DNA from: an uncultured Myxococcales bacterium | Lineage (GTDB): Bacteria; Myxococcota_A; Bradymonadia; UBA7976; UBA1532 | DNA length: 45,730 nt | Direction of reading: 5' to 3' | Assembly: GCA_937902595.1 (NCBI GenBank) | Contig: CALELH010000389.1 | Coordinates: forward strand, 1 to 45,730 | In this document: positions 24,069 through 33,835 of the stretch, piece by piece | Numbering within the stretch: position 1 is the first letter of the stretch | Layout of the letters: each line of letters begins with the position of its first letter | The notes under the pieces: generated by a model | Told to the model about the DNA's origin: nothing | What the model saw: only the letters and a program-made list of their open reading frames with translations | Database searches by the model: none | Translations under genes and position numbers: made by a program

Positions 24069-25438
24069 TACCTCTTCTCCTTGGTCTGTTCATTAATCTC
24101 ATGCTGCGGGCTGACGGCGCTCACTTCGGCGGTGAGTGTGCCTTCATGCAGCAAAATTGAGATGGAGTCTCCTGGACTCACTTCGCTGTGTCGACGAATG
24201 AGCCGCGTTTCACGGCGGACGATACTGAACCCACGTTCTAAACTCGCTAGTGGTGACAGCGCCTGCAATCGACCAATGAGCGTCCTAAAGTCTGATCTCG
24301 CTTGCGCTGCGCGGGTGTTCGCTGCCGGACTGAGTCGGCCTCTGAGCTGGGTTAAGCGTTGGCGCGCGCTCGCGATCCGACTGCCTGGGCTCTGATTTCG
24401 TACCTGCTCCTTAAGTTGGTCAAGTCTCTGGCGTCGTTTGATGACCAGGTCATCACCCATCCTAAGCAGCCGCGCGATCGCCCGTTCAAGGTGAACTCGT
24501 CGAGGACCCCAGTCGATGCCTGAATTTAGTCGTACCGACAGGACTCGTAGCTGGTCATGACCACGCGCGATGCGATGTTCGAGGTTTCGCGTCATACGTT
24601 CGATCATTCCATCTAGGGTGTAGAGAAGATCACTCCTGACGGGTACAGCGAGTTCAGCGGCAGCTGAAGGTGTTGGCGCTCGACGGTCTGCGACGAGATC
24701 CGATATAGACGTGTCCGTCTCGTGGCCCACGGCGCTGATGATGGGCGTTGGGCAATGAGCGATCGCCCGCGCTACGACCTCCTCATTAAAGGCCCAGAGA
24801 TCTTCGACACTTCCTCCGCCACGACCAACGATGATGACGTCAATATCATTTCGTTTACCCAAGACTTTAATGCCTCTAGCGATATCTGCTGCCGCTTGGG
24901 CGCCCTGAACGACGGCTGGGTAGAGCACGATCGGTATCTGTGGAGACCTACGAAATATGACAGACTCGATGTCCCGTCGTGCCGCGCCGGTAGGGCTCGT
25001 GATGACGCCGACCTTCCGAGGTAGCATGGGGATATGCTTTTTCCTCTCTGGATCGAAGAGTCCCTCAGCAGATAGGGTCTTCTTAAGCGCCTCAAGAGCC
25101 GCCTGTAGTGCACCGAGACCCGCAGGTTCGATGGCATCAACGACCAGGTTGTAGCTTCCTCGTGGTGCGTACACATTCAATTGCCCACGAACAACGACCT
25201 GTTCGCCAGGATCTGGCCGATACTTCAGTCGGTTCACGGTCGATCGCCAAATCACACCGTCTATGCGAGCGTCAGAGTCTTTAAGAGTCAGATATACGTG
25301 TCCGCTTCGGTGGACATTGAGGTGGCTCAACTCCCCTTCGACCCACACGCGGACAAAGCTGCCTTCGAGGACCTGTTTGATCTCGTTGGTCAGCTCAGCG
25401 ACGCTGAGAGGGGTTGATGAGTGAGAGCCTGGCTGCAT
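24068..25438 (-). CDS. xseA: Exodeoxyribonuclease VII large subunit
   Basis: 456 aa. It has an OB-fold N-terminus (VWVEGELSHLNVHRSGHVYLTLKD), then GVITSPTGAARRDI, IVGRGGGSVEDLWAFNEE and SAVGHETD. Confidence 0.95.
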   Translation of the reverse strand: MQPGSHSSTPLSVAELTNEIKQVLEGSFVRVWVEGELSHLNVHRSGHVYLTLKDSDARIDGVIWRSTVNRLKYRPDPGEQVVVRGQLNVYAPRGSYNLVVDAIEPAGLGALQAALEALKKTLSAEGLFDPERKKHIPMLPRKVGVITSPTGAARRDIESVIFRRSPQIPIVLYPAVVQGAQAAADIARGIKVLGKRNDIDVIIVGRGGGSVEDLWAFNEEVVARAIAHCPTPIISAVGHETDTSISDLVADRRAPTPSAAAELAVPVRSDLLYTLDGMIERMTRNLEHRIARGHDQLRVLSVRLNSGIDWGPRRVHLERAIARLLRMGDDLVIKRRQRLDQLKEQVRNQSPGSRIASARQRLTQLRGRLSPAANTRAAQARSDFRTLIGRLQALSPLASLERGFSIVRRETRLIRRHSEVSPGDSISILLHEGTLTAEVSAVSPQHEINEQTKEKR

Positions 25439-25492
25439 GGCAGCCGTGTAGCACGACCGAGTCGTGGGGGCTACGCCAGATAAAGATCCAGC

Positions 25493-25942
25493 CTACTCTT
25501 TCAGAAAGAAGCCCAGGATCAGGATGCCCTTCTTATGCTTCAGGCCGGCCTGATAAAACATCTTCCCTGCCGGAGCACTGAGGTCGACTTTTATCTTACT
25601 CTTCGGGAGACCAAGCCGCAGCTTATGCTGAGTCTTAGCTTTGCCGTTGTAGGTCAAAAGCGCGTTGCCCCCGCTCGGAAGCTTAAGTTTCTGAGCCTTG
25701 CCCTTGTTGAGTTTGAGTGTCTGCTTAGAGACTAAGGAGAAGCTCTTGTATTGACCAAAGGCGGTCCGCAGAGACTTCTCGATCTTCTTCAAGCCTGGAT
25801 GTGACTTGCCTGGGGCCTTAGTCGCATGGATCACGACGGCCTTCAGCTTCACTGGGCCAGCTGCCTGGGCAACGCTAATAGTGCCCATGGCAAAGAAGCC
25901 CGCTACCAGTATAAATATGAATCCAAAGCGCCAACGTCGCAT
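25493..25942 (-). CDS. Secreted lysine-rich small protein of unknown function
   Basis: 149 aa. It has a signal peptide (FIFILVAGFFAMGTISVAQA) and many Lys in alternating beta-like patterns. The start overlaps the anti-sigma stop by 1 nt (TAATG). Confidence 0.6.
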   Translation of the reverse strand: MRRWRFGFIFILVAGFFAMGTISVAQAAGPVKLKAVVIHATKAPGKSHPGLKKIEKSLRTAFGQYKSFSLVSKQTLKLNKGKAQKLKLPSGGNALLTYNGKAKTQHKLRLGLPKSKIKVDLSAPAGKMFYQAGLKHKKGILILGFFLKE

Positions 25943-26523
25943 TAGATCGGATCCTCCCCTTCAAGTGGTGCCTGGTCGTCTTCCTCATTGTCGAGGAGCC
26001 AGATCACCGTAGATTCGCCATCCTGGCTAGGCATGCTAACAAGAATGGTTTTATTGCCTTCGTTACTAATTGCGTCCACGACGACAGCCCCGCCATCGGC
26101 GCCTGCGCCTCCCGTCGACTCATCGGTCCCTACCACAAAGAAAGCCACCGCCGCTGCGGCGGCGACGCCTGCGACAGGAACCCAGTTGTCGGCGAACCAT
26201 TCGCGGAGCTGTTCAAACAGCCCGGGTTGACTCACTGCCGGTGTCGGAGCTGGTTCAGCAGCCGGTACCGGTGCGGCTTCTTCACCCAACCTTGCCTCAA
26301 TACCGGCGTAGAAGTTGTTAAAGTCGACCGCGTCGACCTCTTCTGCGATGTGAGTTCGAAGCATGGCACTAATCTCTGACAAGTCGTTGCGGGCCTCAAT
26401 AAGCTCTGGATCGTCGGCTAAGTAACGATCAAGCTCAGCCTGCTCCTCTGATGACAAAGCGCCATCGAGGAAGCGGTGCAACAACTCTTCACTGCGTTGC
26501 AACTGTCGTTCTTGTTCGCTCAT
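25942..26523 (-). CDS. Anti-sigma factor (single-pass membrane protein)
   Basis: 193 aa. It has LLHRFLDGALSSEEQAELDRYLADDPEL, then a TM (WVPVAGVAAAAAVAFFVV). Its ATG overlaps the sigma stop (ATGA at 26520-26523). Confidence 0.75.
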   Translation of the reverse strand: MSEQERQLQRSEELLHRFLDGALSSEEQAELDRYLADDPELIEARNDLSEISAMLRTHIAEEVDAVDFNNFYAGIEARLGEEAAPVPAAEPAPTPAVSQPGLFEQLREWFADNWVPVAGVAAAAAVAFFVVGTDESTGGAGADGGAVVVDAISNEGNKTILVSMPSQDGESTVIWLLDNEEDDQAPLEGEDPI

Positions 26524-27200
26524 TGCTGACTCTTCCTAACACCGGCACCAACACGCTCGGACAGGTCGCTCCCTGCAGCCTCCAGATAGGGTTTTAACGC
26601 CTTTTGGAGGTTCTTGCGTGCGTGATGCAAGCGGCTCATTACTGTACCGAGATGGCAACCCACCGCCTCGGCGATATCCTCATAACTGAGCCCCTCAACT
26701 TCCCTCAGAAGAATAATCGTTCTGTGGTTGTCGCTTAGCTTGGCTAACGCTTCGTTGAGCACTTTGCTCAGCTCTGCGTTTTCAAACGAAGCGCCAGGAT
26801 GCATCGGCTTGGTATTCCCCACGAGGGGGACCGAACCGAATGACTCGTCGCGCCGTCGATACGTGTCATCGTATTCGACCGATCGCATGCGACTCTTTTT
26901 GCGACAGCGATCGATACAGACGTTGACTACGATCCGGTAAAACCAGGTGTAGAATGAGCTGTCCCCTTTAAACGAACCGATATTCCGGAACACCTTCACG
27001 AAGGCGTCCTGTGCGGCATCGAGAGCATCGTCTCGATTCCTAAGCATCCCATAAGCGATGCTGTAGGCTCGTCGTTGGTATCGCTCGACTAACATCTGGA
27101 AAGCGCTCCGGTCGCCGTCTCTACAGCGCGCGACGATTTCTGCTTCCGTTGGCTCAATCAACTCTTTGGTCATCGACGCCGTCCCAGATGATTCATTCAA
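26520..27200 (-). CDS. ECF-type sigma factor (RpoE-like)
   Basis: It has AFQMLVERYQRRAYSIAYGMLRNRDDALDAAQDAFVKV, FYTWFYRIVVNVCIDRCRK and ILLREVEGLSYEDIAEAVGCHLGTVMSRLHHARKNL. Confidence 0.9.
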   Translation of the reverse strand: MNESSGTASMTKELIEPTEAEIVARCRDGDRSAFQMLVERYQRRAYSIAYGMLRNRDDALDAAQDAFVKVFRNIGSFKGDSSFYTWFYRIVVNVCIDRCRKKSRMRSVEYDDTYRRRDESFGSVPLVGNTKPMHPGASFENAELSKVLNEALAKLSDNHRTIILLREVEGLSYEDIAEAVGCHLGTVMSRLHHARKNLQKALKPYLEAAGSDLSERVGAGVRKSQQ

Positions 27201-27370
27201 GTAGATCGTACGATCATGGAAAAAAATGTCGACGGCGCGCTTTACGCCGCGTATCCACGTCTATCTGAACGTACGAAACACATTCCTCAAAAACGTGAAT
27301 CGCATCATTCGACCGCACTCGCAAGAAAGATAAGGGAACGAATTACGGTCTCACGTATGTTAACGGACGA

Positions 27371-30300
27371 ATGATGGACAGATCTTCCCCGTTTCAGATA
27401 ATCACTACGTCGGTCGCACGCATGCGACGACGGCTGCGCACCCGCGCGCTTATCATCGCATTAGGCTGGGCTGTAATGAGCTCCACTCTGGGTCTCCTCA
27501 GCGTCGCGTTGCTGACCCCGAGCGTTCTCCCGGACCCGTGGTTGCGGGTGGTCTTTTTGGCTCTCCCCATTTTTCTCGCAGTTTTTTCGATTTATCGCGC
27601 CTGGTGGTTGACCGTCGTGATGACCAGAGGAGATCGAGCCGTCGCCGAATACTGGGAGGAGGCTGACCCAACCTTGGGCGATGGCCTTATCTCGAGTGTT
27701 CAGTTCGCCGATGAGTGGAACTCTGATTTTCGTGGCTCACGAGAAGCAGCAGGCCAGCTCGCTAGATGGGTAGAAGAGAAGGTGCGCGAAAAGGACGTCG
27801 CTGAACTCGCACCGATGAAAACAGCAAGAGCTCCGTGGGTAGCGGCGCTGTCCGCGCTTGTGTTGGCAGGTGCCTTGTCATTTTTGGCCTCGGAGCGTTT
27901 GGCCGCCGGCTGGTCGATATTGATGGACGGGTCTCAAGGTCACACGGCGGTCAGCGCGGGTCCCCTCGTTGGGGATGTAACGATCATCGTTGATGCTCCG
28001 AAATACTCCGGAGTGCAACGAAGGCTGATCCCTAACTCCACGGGGGCGGTATCGGTGCTGCGGGGCGCGACGGTCACGGTCACTGCGACGACCCTGGAGT
28101 CGGCGAATCGATCTTTTCTGATGCTCGATGACCAGGAGGTGGCCGCACAATTGGACGAGGGGCGGAAGATCACCGCCTCCTTTACCGTCGATCGCGCCTT
28201 CGACTGGCGGTTTGGACTCATCCGTGGAGAGGGCGAACGCAATATGGAGGCTAAGGGACGCAGAATATCTATTCGACCCGATAAGGCGCCCGTCGTCACA
28301 CTCGATGAGCCAAAGATGGATGTGACGCTAGAGCGAATCGCGCCCGTGCCTGTTGAGTTTGAGCTTCGCGATGACTTCGGGATCACCTCGGCCAATGTGG
28401 TGGTCGCCCTCGCCAGCGATCTAGATCACCCAGTCAAGATTCCCCAGGGCGGGATCTCCGGAAAGACATTTAGAGGCGCTGATGAGATCGATCTCCGGGT
28501 GATCGACATTCAACCTGGTGACCGCGTCGCTCTCTATGTGGAGGCTTTCGACAATAACGCCATCGGTAAGCCACAGCGAGGTGTCTCGGCGACGCGCTTC
28601 TTGACGATTCGCTCTCCTGAAGCTGACCACTATGCCATCACTGACGCCCTCCACGGCTTGATAGAGACTCTTCTCTCCGTCCTGGCAAACCGCCTTGAGG
28701 TGGAGATTAAATTCAAAGCTCAGTCAGGCCTTGTGGGGCAACTGAATGGGCTTCGCCAACAGACCCAGGAAGCGATCGAGCAAGTACAGCAAGTGGTCAA
28801 GCGTATGCAGGAGGATCCGCTCACGCCGGATGATCTCAAGGAAGGGGCAAAGCTTCGTGTGACGGAGCTCGATGCTCCCTTGCTGGCTGAGGCGAATTTC
28901 TTGGACGGATTGGTCGGACAGGCTGGTCTGCTCAGCGAGATGAAGATTCGACTGATCTCAAAGCATAACGAAGACGTCATTAAGGGCGTCGAGACGCTCA
29001 TCATTTTCCTAGAGGCCATCGTGGCGCGGATCGCGCTGGAGGACATCGCTATGATGACTGAGGAGTTAAAGGCCTCCAGACAGCGTCTGCGAGACCTCAT
29101 CTCCGCATATAAGGAGAATCCAGACGCGGCTCTTAAGGACAGGATCCTACGGAATATTCAGCGTCTGCGTGACCGAATGAAGGCGTTACAGCAGCGCATG
29201 GCCAAGTTGCGACAGAAGTTGCCCGATGAGTTCCTGAATATTGAAGGGATGAAGCAGGGAGAGGTGGCTAAGGGGCTAAAGGAGACTCGCTCTCAACTCG
29301 ATGACATTGAGAAGATGTTGGAGGATGGTCGGATCGACGAGGCGCTGGCCGCTGTGGATCAGATGTCGGAGACCTTGGATGAGCTGAGTTCATCTCTGGA
29401 CAAGGACATGCAGAAGCTTCAAGACGACACGAACCCCGAACTGCAGCGGGCTATTAGTGAGCTCATGGACCGCACTCGAGATTTGACTCAGAGACAGACA
29501 GAGGTAAATGAGTCAACTGAGGCGGAGGCGAAGCAGCGAGATGAGGCCACGAAGGAGATCATGAATTCTCAAATGGCCGATCGATTGGAAAAGATTAAGA
29601 AGGACGCAGCGGCGCTCCGTGGACTTGTGGAGGAGATGGCGGGTGACGCCTGGCCCATCTTTGCCGAGGATGCTTTGAACTCGCTTAATCAAAGGGTAAC
29701 CCGTCTCGTTGAGTCTCTAGACGAAACAAGACTACCGGACGCGTTGGCTACGGCAGAAGAGAGCCTTCGGAGCCTACGTGACCTCGAGCATTTCGCGCGG
29801 TTTGCGAAGAAGAGACAGGAGCAGACTCGTCGAGTAGGGGCGGGTGTAATTCTGGACCAGCGAATCATCAAAGACCTCGCGGATCTACTGCGTGATGCGA
29901 GGAAGCAGGCCCAGGCATCGAACAAGCAAGAGAAGATGGATGAACTGCAGCAGCGACAGCAGCAGATTTCGGAGGCGACTCGGCAACTTCGCAAGGAACT
30001 CCAGAAGAAGAGTCAGGGGATGCCGGAGCTCGGTGGCCCACCGATGCAGAGCCTTGAGGACGCGCGCCAATCTATGGAGCGAGCGGGGAGAGACCTGAAG
30101 AAGGGGAGGCCACGCCACGCTAGAGCAAATCAGGATGAGGCGCTGAATCAACTTAAGGGGATGATGAAGAGTCTCCGCCAGGCGGGCCAGCCCAAGCCTA
30201 GTGGTGAAAGGCAAACCCGCAGGATGCGACATGAGCGTGTGAAGATTCCCGGTAAGGATGACCACGAAGCACCGGAGGCCTTCAGGAAAGAGCTAATGGA

Positions 30301-30373
30301 TGCGATGAAGGACAAGGCGCCCCAAGACTTTCAAGAGTCCGTTAAGCGCTATTACGAGGAGCTGGTCAAATGA
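27371..30373 (+). CDS. 1000-aa membrane protein with three N-terminal TM segments, Ig-like region(s) and a very long charged coiled coil (DUF4175-like, tentative)
   Basis: The TM segments are around ALIIALGWAVMSSTLGLLSVALL, VVFLALPIFLAVFSIY and WVAALSALVLAGALSFLA. Residues about 430-960 are E/K/R/Q/L-rich heptad-like sequence. The C-terminal tail is [33 protein letters not shown]. It is the first gene of the MoxR operon. Confidence 0.75.
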   Translation: MMDRSSPFQIITTSVARMRRRLRTRALIIALGWAVMSSTLGLLSVALLTPSVLPDPWLRVVFLALPIFLAVFSIYRAWWLTVVMTRGDRAVAEYWEEADPTLGDGLISSVQFADEWNSDFRGSREAAGQLARWVEEKVREKDVAELAPMKTARAPWVAALSALVLAGALSFLASERLAAGWSILMDGSQGHTAVSAGPLVGDVTIIVDAPKYSGVQRRLIPNSTGAVSVLRGATVTVTATTLESANRSFLMLDDQEVAAQLDEGRKITASFTVDRAFDWRFGLIRGEGERNMEAKGRRISIRPDKAPVVTLDEPKMDVTLERIAPVPVEFELRDDFGITSANVVVALASDLDHPVKIPQGGISGKTFRGADEIDLRVIDIQPGDRVALYVEAFDNNAIGKPQRGVSATRFLTIRSPEADHYAITDALHGLIETLLSVLANRLEVEIKFKAQSGLVGQLNGLRQQTQEAIEQVQQVVKRMQEDPLTPDDLKEGAKLRVTELDAPLLAEANFLDGLVGQAGLLSEMKIRLISKHNEDVIKGVETLIIFLEAIVARIALEDIAMMTEELKASRQRLRDLISAYKENPDAALKDRILRNIQRLRDRMKALQQRMAKLRQKLPDEFLNIEGMKQGEVAKGLKETRSQLDDIEKMLEDGRIDEALAAVDQMSETLDELSSSLDKDMQKLQDDTNPELQRAISELMDRTRDLTQRQTEVNESTEAEAKQRDEATKEIMNSQMADRLEKIKKDAAALRGLVEEMAGDAWPIFAEDALNSLNQRVTRLVESLDETRLPDALATAEESLRSLRDLEHFARFAKKRQEQTRRVGAGVILDQRIIKDLADLLRDARKQAQASNKQEKMDELQQRQQQISEATRQLRKELQKKSQGMPELGGPPMQSLEDARQSMERAGRDLKKGRPRHARANQDEALNQLKGMMKSLRQAGQPKPSGERQTRRMRHERVKIPGKDDHEAPEAFRKELMDAMKDKAPQDFQESVKRYYEELVK

Positions 30374-31950
30374 CCCGAACCTTTCTCTATCTTGGGCTGG
30401 CGCTCTCGTGTCTGACGTCTACAGTTCAGGCAAAGGTCAGTGATGCACAGCTTGGTGACCTACATGAGGCGATCAGCGATTGGCAGACTCATGAGGTCCG
30501 TCGAACGCTTACGGAGTTGATGGCTGTAGAGCCAGACCACGTGGGCTTGAGGTTTGTTGAGTCACGATTACTGTTCTTCGAAGGGGAGTATGTGGACTCA
30601 GTCAAACGACTCGATGGCTTAGTCGCCGAGCTTGGCGAGAGCGCCCCACCGAGCGTCTTAGCTTTTAGAGCTGAGGTGGCTAAGACCCGAGACGCATTGA
30701 AGGGCTTCGATGAACACATCACCGATGATGGCCGATTTCTGATTCGTTACACCGGTCGCGACAAGGCGATCTTGCCCTACTTGATCGATGTGTTGAAGGC
30801 GACGGACGCGGCGCTTTCAAAAGACTTTAGCTACCGGCCTAAAGGGCGAGTGTTGGTGGAGATTTATCCCGAGATTAAGTACCTGGCGGCGGTCAGTTCA
30901 TTGACAGAGACGGACATCGAGACGAGCGGGACCATCGCTTTGTGCAAGTATAATCGCCTCATGTTCAGCTCTCCAAGAGCTCTGGTTCGTGGCTATGGGT
31001 GGCGCGACACAGTGGCCCATGAGTTCGTTCATTACTATGTCACCAAGGTCAGTCGAAATGCCGTCCCCATTTGGTTACACGAGGGCATCGCGAAGTTTCA
31101 GGAGAGTCGTTGGCGCGCAAAACCAGGCCAGCCCTTGGCGCCGCCTCAAGAGGATTTGCTCGCGCGAAGCCTTAAGGCGGACAAGCTGGTCACGTTTCAA
31201 CAGATGCATCCCTCGATGGCCAAGCTGCCGAGCCAGCAGGCCGCTGGTTTGGCCTTCGCTGAGGTACATACCGTGGTCGACCACCTGCATCGGAGGAAGG
31301 GCTATGATGGGATTAACGCTCTCTTGGGCAATCTAAAGTCTGGTCAAGAGATGAGCCGCGCGCTCAAGGGCGTCTATGGAGTCTCTCTGGACGGGCTGTG
31401 GTCTCAGTGGAAGAGGGCCATCAAGAAGCGAGGACTCAAGACGTACCCCGGTTTAGTGCAACAGTCGTTGGAGTTTCGTCGCCCGGGCGATCCGAAGAAG
31501 GATGAGGAAAAAGAGTCGAGTTACTCAACGATCAAGGAGAAGTCGGTGCGCGACTTCACTCATTTGGGAGAATTACTGCGTGCACGAAACCGACCAAAAG
31601 CAGCCCTCATCGAATATCAAAAAGCTATGGCTATTGGCGGTGAGGGTAACCCGATGATTCAGAATGGTGCCGCCGACTCGCTCATCAAGCTGAGTCGGTT
31701 CTCCGCGGTGCCCGAGACCTTGAGCCGCGTCGAAAAGTATTACCCGAGTTTCGTAAGAACTCACCTGAACCTGGGTAAGGCCTACCTGAAAATAGGTGAT
31801 TTGGAGCGCGCGCGCTCAGCCTTTGAGGCCGTCATCGGTATCAACCCTTTTCATCCCTTGCCGTATATGGCCTTACCTAAGTTATATGACGCATCTGGTC
31901 AGTCAGCGCTTGCGGAGCGCGCCCGACGAACTTTGGAGATATTGAAATGA
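30370..31950 (+). CDS. Exported MA-clan zinc peptidase-like protein with C-terminal TPR repeats
   Basis: It has a signal peptide ([12 protein letters not shown]), an HExxH motif (VAHEFVHYY) with downstream WLHEGIAKF (a gluzincin-type third ligand candidate) and a TPR-like C-terminus. ATGA overlap at 30370-30373. Confidence 0.75.
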   Translation: MTRTFLYLGLALSCLTSTVQAKVSDAQLGDLHEAISDWQTHEVRRTLTELMAVEPDHVGLRFVESRLLFFEGEYVDSVKRLDGLVAELGESAPPSVLAFRAEVAKTRDALKGFDEHITDDGRFLIRYTGRDKAILPYLIDVLKATDAALSKDFSYRPKGRVLVEIYPEIKYLAAVSSLTETDIETSGTIALCKYNRLMFSSPRALVRGYGWRDTVAHEFVHYYVTKVSRNAVPIWLHEGIAKFQESRWRAKPGQPLAPPQEDLLARSLKADKLVTFQQMHPSMAKLPSQQAAGLAFAEVHTVVDHLHRRKGYDGINALLGNLKSGQEMSRALKGVYGVSLDGLWSQWKRAIKKRGLKTYPGLVQQSLEFRRPGDPKKDEEKESSYSTIKEKSVRDFTHLGELLRARNRPKAALIEYQKAMAIGGEGNPMIQNGAADSLIKLSRFSAVPETLSRVEKYYPSFVRTHLNLGKAYLKIGDLERARSAFEAVIGINPFHPLPYMALPKLYDASGQSALAERARRTLEILK

Positions 31951-32945
31951 CCACATCTGCAAATGACGAGAAGATCATCGAGCTTGCCGCGAGCGCGCGG
32001 GCCTCGATCCTTGAGCAAGTAGGTCGACGTATCGTTGGCCAGGAGGAGGTCATTGATCTGATGCTCGTCGCGCTGCTTGCCCGAGGCCATTGCCTCTTTG
32101 TGGGTGTACCCGGCTTGGCGAAGACGCTCCTGGTGCAGACAACTGCAGCGGCGCTGGACCTCGATTTCGGTCGGATTCAATTCACCCCCGATTTGATGCC
32201 AAGCGACATCACTGGAACCGACATTCTGGAAGAGGACCCGACCAGTGGGCGTCGCTCCTTTAAATTCATAAAGGGACCAGTGTTCACCAATCTATTGCTG
32301 GCCGATGAGATCAACAGGACCCCGCCCAAGACTCAAGCGGCGCTCTTGCAGGCGATGCAGGAGCATCAGGTGACCGCGGCTGGCCAGACCCACGCGCTTG
32401 ACGCTCCATTTATGGTCTTTGCGACACAGAACCCCATCGAGCAGGAGGGGACGTATCCGCTGCCTGAAGCTCAGCTAGATAGATTCATGCTGATGGTCGA
32501 CGTTGGGTATCCAAGCGCCGAGGAAGAGGTGGAGGTAGTCAAGCGGACAACGGTAGGGACACAAGCTGCCATCGAGGCGGTTCTTGATCGAGAGAAGGTA
32601 TCGGCGCTTCAAGACGCCGTTCAACAGATCCCCGTCGGTGATCACGTCATCGAATATGCGGTGAGCTTAGTACGAGCTACTCGGCCGGATGGTCCTGATG
32701 CGGTCAGCGCAGTCAAAGAGTATGTCGCTTGGGGTGCGGGACCAAGGGCGAGTCAGTACCTGGTGTTAGCTGGTAAGGCTCGAGCGCTGCTTGATGGGAG
32801 ACTCACGGTATCCCGCCAAGATATTCGTTCATTGGCTCATCCTGTGTTGAAGCATCGCGTGGTCACAAACTTTCACGCAGAGGCTGAGCGAATTAGTTCG
32901 TCTGATCTCATCGACCGAATCCTCGAGGCTCGACCAATCTCGTGA
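31947..32945 (+). CDS. MoxR-family AAA+ ATPase
   Basis: It has Walker A (GVPGLAKT), Walker B (LLADEINR), [13 protein letters not shown] and [24 protein letters not shown] overlap at 31947-31950. Confidence 0.95.
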   Translation: MTTSANDEKIIELAASARASILEQVGRRIVGQEEVIDLMLVALLARGHCLFVGVPGLAKTLLVQTTAAALDLDFGRIQFTPDLMPSDITGTDILEEDPTSGRRSFKFIKGPVFTNLLLADEINRTPPKTQAALLQAMQEHQVTAAGQTHALDAPFMVFATQNPIEQEGTYPLPEAQLDRFMLMVDVGYPSAEEEVEVVKRTTVGTQAAIEAVLDREKVSALQDAVQQIPVGDHVIEYAVSLVRATRPDGPDAVSAVKEYVAWGAGPRASQYLVLAGKARALLDGRLTVSRQDIRSLAHPVLKHRVVTNFHAEAERISSSDLIDRILEARPIS

Positions 32946-33835
32946 GCCAAGGGAACCCACCCATCGTTGATCCCGAGCTACTCGGTCGCCTCGCGGGTCT
33001 CTCTTATCGCGTGGGTCGACGCGTCGAGGGTACGCTTACGGGGCGGCATCGGAGTCCCTATCATGGGGCGAGCGTCGAATTCGCACAGCACCGAGAGTAC
33101 GCCCCCGGGGACGAGATCCGTTACGTCGACTGGAAGACGTATGCCCGGAGCGACCGATACTATGTGAAGCAGTTTGAGGATGAGACAAACCTGCGGGTTT
33201 TCTTGGTGGTGGACACGTCGGGCTCCATGGGGTTCGGCATGGACGGCGGTGAGACGAAGCTCAACTATGCGAGTCGCCTGGCAGCGGCCATCGCTTGGCT
33301 CTTCATTCGGCAGGGGGACGCTGTGGGGTTACTGCCGGTTGGCGACTCTGTGGGAACCTATGTCCCTCCGCGAGCGCGACCCGAGCATTTTTGGCGGTTA
33401 GTGAACACCCTCGAGGGCTTGGAGCCTTCCGGAACGACCCAGCTGAGCGATGCATTGGAGTATATCGCCGAGCTGCCGGCTCGACGCAGCTTGGTCATCG
33501 TATTGTCTGATTGTTTTGAGTTCGAAGGCCGCTTCGTCTCCTTAGCTCGCCAGCTCCAACGTAGGGCTCATCACGTGTCTGTGCTTCATGTCCTGGACCG
33601 CGCGGAGCTAGAGTTTCCCTTCAGGGAACTCACGGTCTTCGAGGAGATGGAGTCTGAGGACCGACTCCAAGTCGATCCAAGGGCGATGCGTGAAGAGTAT
33701 CTGGCCGAGTTCGGGGCTTGGTGTGAGTCGCTCCGCCAGACTCTCAGAGAAGGCCGGGTCGATTACAGTCGCATGGCAACAGACCAGCCGCTTGAGTCTT
33801 GTGTCCGGGACCTCTTGGTTCGGGGGGCCCGTTGA
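32942..33835 (+). CDS. DUF58 protein (vWA-like, MoxR partner)
   Basis: It has [56 protein letters not shown] and an intact MIDAS-type DxSxS (DTSGS, nt 33212-33226). GTGA overlap at 32942-32945. Confidence 0.9.
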   Translation: MSQGNPPIVDPELLGRLAGLSYRVGRRVEGTLTGRHRSPYHGASVEFAQHREYAPGDEIRYVDWKTYARSDRYYVKQFEDETNLRVFLVVDTSGSMGFGMDGGETKLNYASRLAAAIAWLFIRQGDAVGLLPVGDSVGTYVPPRARPEHFWRLVNTLEGLEPSGTTQLSDALEYIAELPARRSLVIVLSDCFEFEGRFVSLARQLQRRAHHVSVLHVLDRAELEFPFRELTVFEEMESEDRLQVDPRAMREEYLAEFGAWCESLRQTLREGRVDYSRMATDQPLESCVRDLLVRGAR

